Shown one piece after another: positions 9,381-20,011 of a stretch of 64,000 nucleotides of DNA. Numbering within the stretch: position 1 is the first letter of the stretch; each line of letters begins with the position of its first letter. The notes under the pieces were generated by a model. It saw only the letters and a list, made by a program, of their open reading frames with translations. It was not told where the DNA came from and did no database searches. The translations under genes were made by a program, and so were the position numbers. The DNA comes from an uncultured Veillonellaceae bacterium (GTDB taxonomy: Bacteria > Bacillota > Negativicutes > JARBTT01), in assembly GCA_963805085.1 (NCBI GenBank), contig CAWDTA010000005.1:192001-256000 (forward strand), read 5' to 3'.

Positions 9381-10250
9381 ATGAATTTATTTAAAAAATC
9401 TAAAGTTTTAGCAACTGCAGTAGCGATGATGTTGGGGGTAGCGATGATTGCTGGTTGCGGTGGTGGCGATAAGAAAGCGGAAGATACTACCAAGACAGCA
9501 GCTATAGAAGGAACTGTAAGTGCTTCTGGTTCCACGGCTTTATTACCGTTACTAAAACCAGCACAAGAAGAGTTTCAAAAGCTACATGATAAAGTTAATA
9601 TAAATATTGCTGGTGGCGGTTCGTTCACTGGGATGAACCAAGTAGCTGAAGGTTCCGTACAAGTTGGTAACTCCGATGTAAACTTACCAGATGATTATAA
9701 AGATAAAGGTTTAGTTGACCATAAAGTTGTAGTAGAGCCTTTCGTATTTATTGCTAATAAAGAGTTATCAGTAAATAATTTAACAGCAGCTCAAGTAGTA
9801 GATATTATGACTGGAAAGGTTACGAATTGGAAAGAAGTTGGTGGACCTGACCAAGCAATCACGATTATTCATAGAGCAAAATCGTCTGGATCAAGAGCAA
9901 CGATTGCAGAAAAAGTATTAAAAGGTGCGGAATTTACTGATAAAGCAATTATTCAAGATTCTAATGGGGCAGTAAGAGCAGCCATTGCTAATACGCCAGG
10001 TGCAATTGGTTATGTTGATGCTCCATATGCAGATCAAACAGTAAAAACACTTGATTTTGATGGTGTAAAATATAGTCCAGAAGCAATCATCAGTGGTAAA
10101 TACACAGTTTGGTCATATGGTCATATGTACACTAAAGGTGAAGCAACTGGTGCAACAAAAGCATTTATTGACTATGTGATGAGCCCGGAATTCCAAAACA
10201 CTTATGTTGAAAAAGCTGGTTTCATTCCTGTAACAAAAATGTCTAAATAA
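9381..10250 (+). CDS. pstS: phosphate ABC transporter substrate-binding lipoprotein
   Basis: Lipobox IAGC; SGSTAL, GGGSFTG, RAKSSGSR. Confidence 0.93.
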   Translation: MNLFKKSKVLATAVAMMLGVAMIAGCGGGDKKAEDTTKTAAIEGTVSASGSTALLPLLKPAQEEFQKLHDKVNINIAGGGSFTGMNQVAEGSVQVGNSDVNLPDDYKDKGLVDHKVVVEPFVFIANKELSVNNLTAAQVVDIMTGKVTNWKEVGGPDQAITIIHRAKSSGSRATIAEKVLKGAEFTDKAIIQDSNGAVRAAIANTPGAIGYVDAPYADQTVKTLDFDGVKYSPEAIISGKYTVWSYGHMYTKGEATGATKAFIDYVMSPEFQNTYVEKAGFIPVTKMSK

Positions 10251-10268
10251 TTGATAGCTATTCCCTCA

Positions 10269-10313
10269 TATCTTAGTAAAAAGCCCGCTTAGGCGGGCCT
10301 TTTTACTAAGATA
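10269..10313. terminator. long hairpin between pstS and pstC
   Basis: TATCTTAGTAAAAAG-CCCGC / GCGGG-CCTTTTTACTAAGATA; likely stabilises pstS mRNA or partially terminates. Confidence 0.7.
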
Positions 10314-10349
10314 ATAAATGATTAATGATAAGCAAGGAGTAACAAAGTA

Positions 10350-11237
10350 ATGAATACCATTGACCATAATCATAAACTAACTTTAGCCTATGATAAATAT
10401 GTGCGATATTTATTTATTGCCAGTGCTGTTTTTATGACAGTGATTGTTTTTTCCATCATATTTTTTATTGGCAAACAAGGTTTGATGACCTTTAAAGAGG
10501 TAAGTCCAATAGAATTTTTCTTTACAAGCAAATGGGATCCGATGGGGCATCATTATGGGGCGCTTAGTTTTATTATTGGCTCAATCGTCGTTACTCTTAT
10601 GTCCATTGTTATCGGAGCACCACTTGGTCTTGCTGGTGCAGTATTCATGGCTAAAATTGCGCCTAAATGGGTTCGGGAAATTATGCGTCCAGCTACTGAT
10701 TTATATGTAGCAGTACCATCTGTAGTCTATGGATATGTAGGGTTAGTACTCTTGGTACCGTTTTTGCGTGAGTTTTTTCATGTTGGTACAGGGTTTGGTT
10801 TGCTGGCAGCGGCAATTATTTTGTCGGTCATGATATTGCCAACAATTATCAGTATTTGTGAAGATACAATACGTTCCGTGCCGAATACACTAGAAGAAGC
10901 AAGTTTAGCGCTTGGTGCGACGAGGTGGCAAACGCTTTGGCATGTTGTGATTCCAGCGGCAATGCCTGGTATACTTACGGCAATCATCTTGGCAATGGCT
11001 AGGGCGATTGGTGAAACGATGGCGGTACAGATGCTCATTGGTAATACGCCACTGATTGCAACTTCGCTATTTTCGCCAACTTCGGCGCTAACGAGTAATA
11101 TTGTGGTGGAAATGGGGAATACGCCGTTTGGCTCAGCTTGGGGAAATTCATTATTTCTAATGGCATTGGTTTTGCTGTTAATTTCGTTAGGGATGATCCT
11201 TTTGATTAGACGAATTGGCGCAAGGAGGATAGCATAA
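10350..11237 (+). CDS. pstC: phosphate ABC transporter permease
   Basis: VPSVVYG, EASLALGATRWQT, RAIGETMAV. Confidence 0.95.
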   Translation: MNTIDHNHKLTLAYDKYVRYLFIASAVFMTVIVFSIIFFIGKQGLMTFKEVSPIEFFFTSKWDPMGHHYGALSFIIGSIVVTLMSIVIGAPLGLAGAVFMAKIAPKWVREIMRPATDLYVAVPSVVYGYVGLVLLVPFLREFFHVGTGFGLLAAAIILSVMILPTIISICEDTIRSVPNTLEEASLALGATRWQTLWHVVIPAAMPGILTAIILAMARAIGETMAVQMLIGNTPLIATSLFSPTSALTSNIVVEMGNTPFGSAWGNSLFLMALVLLLISLGMILLIRRIGARRIA

Positions 11238-12094
11238 TGAGTGCAAAAGGTATAAATCAACTGGCGACAGTCTGTATGTGGATGGCGGGAGTGCTCATTT
11301 TAGGTATTTTAATGGCATTTTTAGGCTATATTTTATATAAAGGTCTTCCGGCCCTTTCGTTTGATTTTATTTTTGGAAAATCACGTGAATTGGAAGCAGG
11401 CGGTGGTGTTGGGGCACAACTGTTCAATTCTTTTTATATTTTATTCTTATCTATGTTAGTTTCTATTCCATTGGCGATTGGAGCAGGAGTCTATCTTGCC
11501 GAATATGCAAAAGAGAACACGTTAACGTATCTCATTCGTTTAAGCACGGAATGTTTAGCGACAGTGCCATCCATCGTTTTGGGTTTATTTGGCATGATTG
11601 TTTTTGTTAACTTTTTTAGAGCTGGTTTCAGCATTATTGGTGGATCGCTCACGTTGATGCTCTTAAATCTGCCAGTGCTTGTTCGAGTGACAGAAGAATC
11701 CATTCGTACAGTACCAAAATATTATAGTGAGGCTAGCCTAGCACTTGGGGCAACGAAGTTTCAAACGATTTGGAAAGTCGTTTTACCAAATGCAATGCCA
11801 GGAATTATCACTGGGATTACGTTGACGGCAGGGCGGGCACTGGGTGAGACGGCGATCTTAATTTTTACAGCAGGGACAACCGTGTCAAGGCATTTGGGTG
11901 ATACCAATGTGCTTGCGGCAGGCGAAACGTTGGCTGTACACATGTGGTATTTGATGTCAACGGGACTTGTTCCAGATCGTGTTGCGATTGCTGATGGCAT
12001 TGGGGCACTATTAATTATCATGATTTTGATTTTTAATTTGGTCTTTGCTATTCCTGGAAGAATAATTCAAAAACGTACGGGAACTATGCGCTAA
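11237..12094 (+). CDS. pstA: phosphate ABC transporter permease
   Basis: YLAEY, VPSIVLGLFG, EASLALGATK, GRALGETA. Confidence 0.95.
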   Translation: MSAKGINQLATVCMWMAGVLILGILMAFLGYILYKGLPALSFDFIFGKSRELEAGGGVGAQLFNSFYILFLSMLVSIPLAIGAGVYLAEYAKENTLTYLIRLSTECLATVPSIVLGLFGMIVFVNFFRAGFSIIGGSLTLMLLNLPVLVRVTEESIRTVPKYYSEASLALGATKFQTIWKVVLPNAMPGIITGITLTAGRALGETAILIFTAGTTVSRHLGDTNVLAAGETLAVHMWYLMSTGLVPDRVAIADGIGALLIIMILIFNLVFAIPGRIIQKRTGTMR

Positions 12095-12176
12095 TAAATG
12101 CTCAATTATGGATTTAAAATCGATAAGTCCTTAATTTTTTCTTATCTTATTTGCTGAAAAGATAGTGGAGGAAATG

Positions 12177-14255
12177 ATGAAAATAGATAGGATAACACAT
12201 CGGATGATTGATAGATTCCAGCAATATCAATTAGGATTCAAGAATAAAGGTAAGTTTTCATTTGGTAGATTCAATAGAAAAAGGTTGTTAAACTGGTTCT
12301 CATTGCTTAGAACTAAGGCTGCTATTTTTACAGCAGGTATCTGCTTCACTACTGCCTTAATCATTGGCGTTTATTTAATTAATCAAGAAATCGAAGATTT
12401 AACACAAATTGCAATCAACAATAATAATCAAGTTGCTGAACGGATTGGCGATGATATTAGTAAATATATTGAGAGTGAAAAAAATTTTTTAGTAGTAACA
12501 AGTGCAAATCGTCAAGTGCAAAGTATGAATGAAAAAATCATGAAAGAGTATTTGATGAATGTACAAGTTTATCGTAAAAATAATAGTATTGGCGTTACAG
12601 ATGAAAAAGGATATGAAATATTAAGAACGGACGGACACCCAGTAACAGATATTTCTACTCAGTCTTATTTCCAACAGGCGATGAAGGGAAATGTCGTTTT
12701 TTCCAAACCTATTAAGCAGAACGGAAGCAATCAGTTAGCGATTATAGGTGCAACTCCGATTTATGGTATTGGTCAAAAAATTCAGGGAATATTAACCACT
12801 GATATTTATATTGAAGATATGAATCATTTGATTGAACAAGTATTAGCTAAAAATCCTAGCTCTGGTATTGTTGTTGTGGGTCCAAATAGTATACCGATTT
12901 TTTATCAACGTAATCAGCAGGCGGTACAAAATCAAGAAGCCGTTAATGAACCATTTTTAACTGAAGCGGTAGAAAAACAAAATGGGCATACGATTCATAC
13001 GATACGTGGTGAAGAATATCTTGTATCCTATCGTCCAATCGCCAATACTGAATTTATTGTAGTTACTACATATCCTAAAAAATTGGCAGTGCAATCGCTA
13101 TTGATTATCTTAAAAAAATGTCTGACGGCACTTTTAATTATTGTTTGTCTTGTAATGTGTATTGCCGTTTATTGTACGAGAAAGGCTTTAGCTCCATTTG
13201 ATCAATTGGTGTATGGTGTGAATCAAGTTGCGCAAGGAGATTTGTCTTATCGGCTAACGCATATGACTAGAGACGAATTTGGCAGTGTTGCGCAAGGTTT
13301 CAATTTGATGAGTGAAAATCTGCAGAAAATTGTAAGCTCTGTAAAACAATTAACGGATTCGGTTTTAGCTGAAATAAATCATATGGATGAAGAATGTTCT
13401 AATTCTCATCAAGGCAGTATTGCTGTTGAAGTTGCAACCAAGAGCATGCTTGATAAGTTAAAGGAACAAGGGCAAAAAACGGCGGGAACAAAAGCAACGA
13501 TAGATAAATTAGTTGAAATTACGCAGAGTGTAGCAACGGGAATTGAAAATACGGCTACAGCTACCAATCAATGTGCAAATATTGCAGAAGATGGCAAAGG
13601 TACATTAATAAAAACAATTGATACAATGATAAATCTAGAAAAGCAGGTGTTTGATTCAGTTGGTACAGTTGGTGAATTAAGTGACAATATGAAATCAATC
13701 AATGATATTTCTGAAGCGATAGAATCAATTTCTCAGCAAACGAATTTATTGGCTTTAAATGCTGCAATTGAGGCCGCGCAGGCTGGTACGGCTGGAAGAG
13801 GTTTTTCTGTTGTTGCAGAAGAAATTAGAAAATTAGCGAATGAATCAGCAATTGCAACAAAAAATATTACAAGTATTACGCAAAAAATCATACTGGATAC
13901 GCAAAAAGTATTAACGGTGATGCAAGATAGTGAGACAAAGGTTAAATATGGTGTCAAAATGATTAGAGAAAGTGATATTGCTTTTTCGAAAATTGGGGAT
14001 CATATAAAAATCGCCAATGGGCAAGCCGATGTCATTACTGGAAGAACCAAGGAACAGGTTGTATTGTTTAAGCAGGTTTTGAATGAGGTTGATCATATTG
14101 ACATATTGGCTAGAGACAATATTAAAAGCGCTAGTATCATTGAAAAAAATGGACAGGAGCAATCGATGAGTACGCTTGAAATAAAAAGAGCAAACCAGAG
14201 ATTGACTGACTTATCCTATGAATTAGAACAAGTAATTACTAAATTTACTGTGTAA
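12177..14255 (+). CDS. methyl-accepting chemotaxis protein (Cache-type sensor, HAMP, MCP signal domain)
   Basis: Two TMs, YFQQAM Cache motif, [22 protein letters not shown]; GGAGG RBS favours ATG 12174/12177. Confidence 0.9.
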   Translation: MKIDRITHRMIDRFQQYQLGFKNKGKFSFGRFNRKRLLNWFSLLRTKAAIFTAGICFTTALIIGVYLINQEIEDLTQIAINNNNQVAERIGDDISKYIESEKNFLVVTSANRQVQSMNEKIMKEYLMNVQVYRKNNSIGVTDEKGYEILRTDGHPVTDISTQSYFQQAMKGNVVFSKPIKQNGSNQLAIIGATPIYGIGQKIQGILTTDIYIEDMNHLIEQVLAKNPSSGIVVVGPNSIPIFYQRNQQAVQNQEAVNEPFLTEAVEKQNGHTIHTIRGEEYLVSYRPIANTEFIVVTTYPKKLAVQSLLIILKKCLTALLIIVCLVMCIAVYCTRKALAPFDQLVYGVNQVAQGDLSYRLTHMTRDEFGSVAQGFNLMSENLQKIVSSVKQLTDSVLAEINHMDEECSNSHQGSIAVEVATKSMLDKLKEQGQKTAGTKATIDKLVEITQSVATGIENTATATNQCANIAEDGKGTLIKTIDTMINLEKQVFDSVGTVGELSDNMKSINDISEAIESISQQTNLLALNAAIEAAQAGTAGRGFSVVAEEIRKLANESAIATKNITSITQKIILDTQKVLTVMQDSETKVKYGVKMIRESDIAFSKIGDHIKIANGQADVITGRTKEQVVLFKQVLNEVDHIDILARDNIKSASIIEKNGQEQSMSTLEIKRANQRLTDLSYELEQVITKFTV

Positions 14256-14264
14256 TAATTAACA

Positions 14265-14295
14265 CATAATTTTTACATACTCCTATCATACTAAT
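14265..14295 (+). promoter_or_regulatory. putative sigma-E promoter
   Basis: ATA-18bp-CATACTAAT ahead of the spoIID-like gene. Confidence 0.45.
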
Positions 14296-14317
14296 TTGTA
14301 GAAAGGAGTGTGTTTTT

Positions 14318-15268
14318 GTGCGTAATATAATTTGTTTGATAATGATTGGAATGTTTGTGTTGGCTTTTACTGGATGTGATCTGAATCAGTCTCCAATGAA
14401 GGATCAACAGGAAAACAAAAGTAATGATAATACACAATTGATAGAACCAACCTTGAGTGTGTATATGCACGAGACCGGCGAAACAAAACAGATGAAGTTA
14501 GAGGAATACTTAGCAGGTGTAGTTGCTGGTGAAATGAAAAATGATTGGCAAGTTGAGGCGCTAGCAGCACAGGCGATTATGGCTAGGACATTTACGTTGC
14601 AGGCTTTGGAGAAAGGTCAGTTGACAAAAGAAGGTACGAATGCGTCGACCGATATTAAAGAATTTCAAGCCTATAATGCTAGTGCGATTAATGACAATGT
14701 TAGGAATGCCGTGCAGATGACACGAGGAAAAGTAGTCACTTATCAATCAGCCCCAATTATGGGATGGTTTCACGCATCTGCCGGTGGTCAAACAGCAATG
14801 GCGAAAGAAGGATTGGATTATAAAGAGGAAGATCCTCCGTTTATACAATCGGTATCATCACCAGATGATATGGCGCCCGCAGATGTACAAAGTTGGACGG
14901 CAACCTTTCCTGTTAAAGATGTCATAAAAAAATTAGAGGAACTTGGCAAAAGTGTTACTACGATTAGCAGTGTAACCATTGGCAAGAAAGGCGTATCAGG
15001 ACGGGCAACAACGATACTTTTTAATGGTGATGTTGAAGTGTCGGCACCTAAATTACGTTTGGCACTTGGGAGCACGGTATTAAAATCAATGTTCCTTGAT
15101 AGTGTGGAACTGAGTGGTAGTGAAATTGTTTTTAAAGGGAAAGGCTATGGGCATGGTGTTGGCTTGTCTCAATGGGGTGCACAAAAAATGGCCACAGACG
15201 GTAAGAAAGCTGATGAGATCGTAACCTATTATTTTAAAGATGTTAAAGTTGAGAAACGGTGGGAATAA
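14318..15268 (+). CDS. SpoIID/LytB-domain lytic transglycosylase, predicted lipoprotein
   Basis: Lipobox FTGC; LEEYLAGVVAGEM, EALAAQAIMART, GYGHGVGLSQWGA. Confidence 0.88.
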   Translation: MRNIICLIMIGMFVLAFTGCDLNQSPMKDQQENKSNDNTQLIEPTLSVYMHETGETKQMKLEEYLAGVVAGEMKNDWQVEALAAQAIMARTFTLQALEKGQLTKEGTNASTDIKEFQAYNASAINDNVRNAVQMTRGKVVTYQSAPIMGWFHASAGGQTAMAKEGLDYKEEDPPFIQSVSSPDDMAPADVQSWTATFPVKDVIKKLEELGKSVTTISSVTIGKKGVSGRATTILFNGDVEVSAPKLRLALGSTVLKSMFLDSVELSGSEIVFKGKGYGHGVGLSQWGAQKMATDGKKADEIVTYYFKDVKVEKRWE

Positions 15269-15392
15269 CCATAATAAAGAAGAATGGTGTTGCAAAATGA
15301 TTTGGCAGCACCATTCTTCTTTATGATTATAGTTCTACTTCATCGCTATTTTGCATATAGTTAAACAAAAGCAGTATGGGAGTGAGACTGTG

Positions 15393-15671
15393 ATGGTGAA
15401 TGATAAAGCTCCAACTTGGCGACATCAAATTACATTAGTAGATAGAGAGGAGCTTACAGTTGAAGGTGTGAATAGTTTAGGTAGTTATGATGAGAAGGAA
15501 GTGGTAATGGAAACTTCGCAAGGGACAATGACGGTGCATGGAGAGGGGCTTAATGTAAAGCAGCTTAACCTAGAGGCTAGCAATATTGTGATTGAAGGAA
15601 ATATCAAAGGGATTCAGTATGAAGAAGGTCACAAGGAAAGACGAGGCCTACTTGATCGCTTACTAAAATAA
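15393..15671 (+). CDS. yabP: sporulation protein YabP
   Basis: HQITLVDREELTVEGV...GEGLNVKQLNL; synteny with yabQ-divIC; start reassigned from RBS; sigma-E-like CATATAGT upstream. Confidence 0.9.
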   Translation: MVNDKAPTWRHQITLVDREELTVEGVNSLGSYDEKEVVMETSQGTMTVHGEGLNVKQLNLEASNIVIEGNIKGIQYEEGHKERRGLLDRLLK

Positions 15672-15696
15672 TTGGTGTTCGTAGGGAGGTGAGAAA

Positions 15697-16167
15697 ATGG
15701 AAGTCAATGCACAATTGATCAGTTTTCTCACGACCTTATTCATCGGTATCATATTGGGTTGCATTTTCGACTTTTACCGTGTCTCACGCGCTGTATTTCA
15801 ACCTAGGTTATGGGTGACGTATTTATTTGATGGTCTGTATTGGCTCATCGCAATTATCATTACTTTTGTGTGCTTACTTATGAGTAATTGGGCAGAACTT
15901 CGTTTTTATATTTTTATGGGAATTATTCTGGGGGCGATTTTATATTATAAACTTTGTAGTCGCTATACGCTTTTTTTTAGTATGGGCATTATTAAATGGT
16001 GTATCCTTATTGTTAGGTACATTAGAAGTATTTTATTTAGATGGATATTGCAACCAATCGGCTATTTGCTAGGTATTTTTAAGACTCCGTTTCGTTATGT
16101 AAAGAAATATGTGAAAAAAGCTAAGGCAAAAGTTACAAATATGGATGACTTAAGACCTAAATTGTGA
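15697..16167 (+). CDS. yabQ: spore cortex protein YabQ
   Basis: IFDFYR, FDGLYW, ELRFYIF; synteny. Confidence 0.9.
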   Translation: MEVNAQLISFLTTLFIGIILGCIFDFYRVSRAVFQPRLWVTYLFDGLYWLIAIIITFVCLLMSNWAELRFYIFMGIILGAILYYKLCSRYTLFFSMGIIKWCILIVRYIRSILFRWILQPIGYLLGIFKTPFRYVKKYVKKAKAKVTNMDDLRPKL

Positions 16168-16285
16168 AATATGATTGCAATTACAAAAATATGATTATAT
16201 TATTATAAGAAGTATGTATTGAGAATATTATTATAATTTAGATAGATTAGGAATTTTGTACATAATTATTTAGGGTGGTGTCAGT

Positions 16286-16567
16286 ATGAAACATAAACGT
16301 AAATTTAGTTGGTTTCGTTTACTCCTAGTTATAATTATTGCGTATTTTGGCTATGTTAGTTTTAATCAACAAGCACATTTAAATACGATTGATCGTGAAC
16401 AAGAAATTGCTAGTTCTAGTTTATCAGAGGCTGAGCGAATCCATAATGAACTAGTAGTAGAAAAAGATAAATTAAATCAAGTCAACTATATTGAAAAAAT
16501 TGCGAGAGAAGACCTAGGTTTAGTAAAACCTGGTGAACTGCCATATATATCCTCAAATAAAAGCTGA
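16286..16567 (+). CDS. divIC: septum formation initiator DivIC/FtsB
   Basis: TM plus coiled coil plus YIEKIAREDLGLVKPGE. Confidence 0.9.
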   Translation: MKHKRKFSWFRLLLVIIIAYFGYVSFNQQAHLNTIDREQEIASSSLSEAERIHNELVVEKDKLNQVNYIEKIAREDLGLVKPGELPYISSNKS

Positions 16568-16583
16568 TTTGCAAGTGAATTTC

Positions 16584-16613
16584 TTGACACCTTTTACAGT
16601 CCGAGAGTATAAT
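16584..16613 (+). promoter_or_regulatory. sigma-A promoter
   Basis: TTGACA-18bp-TATAAT. Confidence 0.75.
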
Positions 16614-16668
16614 GACCTTGTATGGTTTATAATGTAATGTTAAATTATGAGGAGGAAATCTGATTAGT

Positions 16669-17133
16669 ATGTCCATTGAAGTTGGCAGTGTGGTAGAAGG
16701 CGTTGTAACCGGAATTACTAATTTTGGTGCATTTGTTGAATTACCAGGAGGAAAAGTAGGTCTTATTCATATTTCGGAAGTTGCAGATGTGTATGTCCGC
16801 GACGTAAAAGATTTTCTAAAAGAACAAGATAAAGTCAAAGTAAAGGTGCTAACAGTTGATGAACGCGGTAAAATCGGTTTATCGATCAAACAGTTGCAAG
16901 AACAAAAACCTGCTGCTGCACCAGTCAGTGCATCTAGTGCTGCACCTAGTTATAGACCAGCACCAAGAAGAGCACCAGCCAATGATTTTAGACGGCCAAA
17001 TCGCGTAAATGCCCCTTCATTTGAAGATAAGTTGTCAAAATTTTTAAAAGACAGCGATGAACGTCTAACTGATTTAAAGAAAAACACAGATTCTAAACGT
17101 GGCGGTCGTGGTGGCGCACGTAGAGCTGAATAG
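16669..17133 (+). CDS. yabR: S1-domain RNA-binding protein YabR
   Basis: GITNFGAFV...GLIHISEV; FEDKLSKFLKDSDERL tail. Confidence 0.9.
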   Translation: MSIEVGSVVEGVVTGITNFGAFVELPGGKVGLIHISEVADVYVRDVKDFLKEQDKVKVKVLTVDERGKIGLSIKQLQEQKPAAAPVSASSAAPSYRPAPRRAPANDFRRPNRVNAPSFEDKLSKFLKDSDERLTDLKKNTDSKRGGRGGARRAE

Positions 17134-17148
17134 TCGTCTTGTTATTTT

Positions 17149-17178
17149 AAGCACTCCTTATGATAGGAGTGCTTTTTT
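17149..17178 (+). terminator. intrinsic terminator
   Basis: AAGCACTCCT / AGGAGTGCTT + U-tract. Confidence 0.85.
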
Positions 17179-17345
17179 GTTGCGCTTTTCATCATTGCTA
17201 TGTCCGATATTGTAGTATTACTCCCTCGTTTGTCAGTTTTTTTTATGATTATGTTTCCTAATTCAGACAATATTATATTGCCATAATATGTAAAATGAAT
17301 TGCAGACTAAAAACTGATAATTTAAATGATAGTAGGAGTGGTATC

Positions 17346-19787
17346 ATGCAAAAAATGACGGTAATGGCATTGCCTAATCATGTGATGGATGTGATGGAAA
17401 GAACGCAGGGACAACAAGTAAAATCGAAAGGTATGTGGCAAACAGGAAAAATAAATGTAGAAAAACTTATTTCCTATAGGGATGATTTATTTCTATATGG
17501 GTTGGCCTTTTTATTGGCTCGCTTGACTTTATTAGGAGACTTAGCGCCGTTTGGCTTAGGTTTTTTTGCAGCAACGGCCCAATTAATGAAAATGCGAATT
17601 AATATGATTGCGGTTTCTGCTATTTTAGGGGTTTTATCCACAGGCCGATATGATGAAGCTGGTATTTATTTATTTTCTATAGCTGTTTATTTTAAGATGC
17701 AAACAAAGTTGACAAAGTTGGATAGAAAAATGTTTGCAGTGCCGATTGTTATGTTTTTTTCTATTTTAGCTAGTGGTTTTGTATTGAACTACATAGAAGA
17801 TCGAGCTCTATATGATAATCTGGTTGTTTTTTTTAATGCAGCATTATGTATGATAGCAACACATATTTTTACTTACGGTATTCCCTTATTAACGAGTAAA
17901 ACAAAAATTGCTGCCGCCTATGAAAAGCCAACCAATGAGGCGATGATTTGTCTTATTGTTATTTTCGCATTTGCAATTGCTGGAGTTGGTAAGATTACTG
18001 TCATCGATTATAATCTTCAAAATATTTTAAGCTGTATGTTGGTGATGATGTTTGCTTTGGCTGGAGGGGCAGGTCTTGGAGCCGCGGTAGGTGTTGTTGT
18101 CGGTACTGTTATTGGACTTAGTAGTAATCATGCTTTGACAATGATTGCTTTATATGCGGTCAGTGGCACATTAGCAGGTGTATTTAAATGTCTTGGTAAA
18201 TTCGCGGTGATTTTAGGCTTTATTTTAGGTAGTACCATGATGCATCTATCCTTTACGCAATTGCCAATCTTGATGGGGTCGATCACAGAATCAGTAATTG
18301 CAGCTGCTCTGCTATTATTTTTACCGATTACAAAAATTATGAGCTTGCAAAACAAGCTATCTTTAGGTGAACTTGTGCCAGATACAACACAGGTATTGTC
18401 AGAAAGTAGTTATAAGCTACAGAATATTGCTGACATGTTTTATGAATTAGCAGGTTTGTTGGGAATTAGTCAAAATAAGATGCATGAACAAATACGCCAA
18501 GGTGATTTAAATACCTTGTTAAGTGCAGTTGGCGTAAAACTGTGTGAAAATTGTGCGAATCGTTCTAATTGTTGGCAAGATCATTACTATCAGACGTACC
18601 AAAACCTCATTACAATTTTTCAACATTTAGAAAAGAAAAAATTAAAAGTAGCAGATCTACCAGAAGCTTTTAGAAATAATTGTTTACATGCGGAAAAAAT
18701 GGTAGAAATTATTCAAACAGTTGTAGAAAAAAATAATATTAGTGCCTATTGGCAAAATCAAGTAGGTTCACAAAAACAAATGATTATTGAGCAAATGAAA
18801 GCGACAGGGAATATTGTTGCGAATTTAGCCTGTGAATTAAATAAAGTACCAAATCAAGATAGTAAAATTGCAAACATTCTTAGGCATAAAGCTTTAAGTG
18901 TAGGATGTCCGATTGAAAATGTAAAAGTAATTGGGAAGGACAAGCCTCGGCAAATTGAGTTTGAAAAACAGGCTTGTGGTAAAATCGGTGAATGTGCAAC
19001 GACGATCATGCCATTGGTATCCAGCACATTACAAGAACGGTTGACACTGCTGAGAAAATGTGGAAATCGTGATATTGATAAAAAATGTAAACTGTGTATG
19101 AAAATAGCCAACCGATTTAAGGTGAGAACAGCAGTGGCTAATATTGCTAAGGATGGTAATCATATTTGCGGTGATAGTGTAAAGATTATCCCGCTCAATC
19201 ATGGCAAGATGAGTTTATTATTAAGTGATGGTATGGGAAGTGGTGATAGTGCAGCGAGGGAAAGTAAAATGACTGTGGATTGTTTAAGTAAACTATTGCA
19301 AATAGATTTTGATATTGATATCGCAGTAAAAACAGTGAATTCGCTTTTGCTACTGCAGGTGCCAGGGGAAAAATTTGCAACAATGGATATGACGATTATT
19401 GATCTGTATACCGGGGAAGTAGAATTTTTAAAAATTGCTTCGGCACCTAGTTATATAAAACGGATACGGGAAGTGAAAACGATTCAAACATCGGCATTGC
19501 CAATTGGTATTTTAAATCAAATCGAAATTGAACCAGTGAAAGTACAAGTGGATGTTAATGATTTGATTATCATGGTCAGTGATGGGATAGCAGACACCAA
19601 GGATATTAAATTTCGGAGTGAAGATAAAGAAGGCTGGTTACTTAATTTCATTCGTCGAACCAATGAAAACAATGAAGAACGACTTGCACAAACTATTTTA
19701 AAAGAGGCAATTTGTATTTCTGGAGGTGTAGCTAAAGATGACATGACTGTCGTTGTTGCGAGAATTAGCGAAGCGAGTTTCATTTAA
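17346..19787 (+). CDS. spoIIE: stage II sporulation protein E (PP2C phosphatase)
   Basis: About 10 TMs, CxxC region, C-terminal CGDS, SDGMGSG, SDG, DDMT; start moved to ATG 17346 after AGGAG. Confidence 0.93.
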   Translation: MQKMTVMALPNHVMDVMERTQGQQVKSKGMWQTGKINVEKLISYRDDLFLYGLAFLLARLTLLGDLAPFGLGFFAATAQLMKMRINMIAVSAILGVLSTGRYDEAGIYLFSIAVYFKMQTKLTKLDRKMFAVPIVMFFSILASGFVLNYIEDRALYDNLVVFFNAALCMIATHIFTYGIPLLTSKTKIAAAYEKPTNEAMICLIVIFAFAIAGVGKITVIDYNLQNILSCMLVMMFALAGGAGLGAAVGVVVGTVIGLSSNHALTMIALYAVSGTLAGVFKCLGKFAVILGFILGSTMMHLSFTQLPILMGSITESVIAAALLLFLPITKIMSLQNKLSLGELVPDTTQVLSESSYKLQNIADMFYELAGLLGISQNKMHEQIRQGDLNTLLSAVGVKLCENCANRSNCWQDHYYQTYQNLITIFQHLEKKKLKVADLPEAFRNNCLHAEKMVEIIQTVVEKNNISAYWQNQVGSQKQMIIEQMKATGNIVANLACELNKVPNQDSKIANILRHKALSVGCPIENVKVIGKDKPRQIEFEKQACGKIGECATTIMPLVSSTLQERLTLLRKCGNRDIDKKCKLCMKIANRFKVRTAVANIAKDGNHICGDSVKIIPLNHGKMSLLLSDGMGSGDSAARESKMTVDCLSKLLQIDFDIDIAVKTVNSLLLLQVPGEKFATMDMTIIDLYTGEVEFLKIASAPSYIKRIREVKTIQTSALPIGILNQIEIEPVKVQVDVNDLIIMVSDGIADTKDIKFRSEDKEGWLLNFIRRTNENNEERLAQTILKEAICISGGVAKDDMTVVVARISEASFI

Positions 19788-19945
19788 ATAAAAAAATGTT
19801 TATCATCTGATTGTGATGATAAACATTTTTTTATTGACTTAGTCTGACTTGGTATTGCTTAATGAATTTTTTTGAATCGTATTCTATTGGCTGGGGAAAA
19901 TGATAAAATATTACAGGATTAATTTTAATTTATTTTGTAATATTT

Positions 19946-19973
19946 TTGTCATAGGCTGCATTTGTGATATAAT
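19946..19973 (+). promoter_or_regulatory. sigma-A promoter of tilS-hpt
   Basis: TTGTCA-16bp-TATAAT with extended TG. Confidence 0.6.
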
Positions 19974-20011
19974 GACATTCGTGCCGATATAAAATTTAGT
20001 GAGGATATATC

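Noticed and set aside
19833-19849. CtsR-like heptad repeat ATTGACT-TAG-TCTGACT upstream of tilS-hpt-ftsH
   Set aside because: Mismatches in both heptads and the spacer, and about 100 bp from the predicted promoter; too weak.
19983-19990. GCCGATAT sigma-D -10 before tilS
   Set aside because: No TAAA at the proper distance; a sigma-A promoter explains the region.
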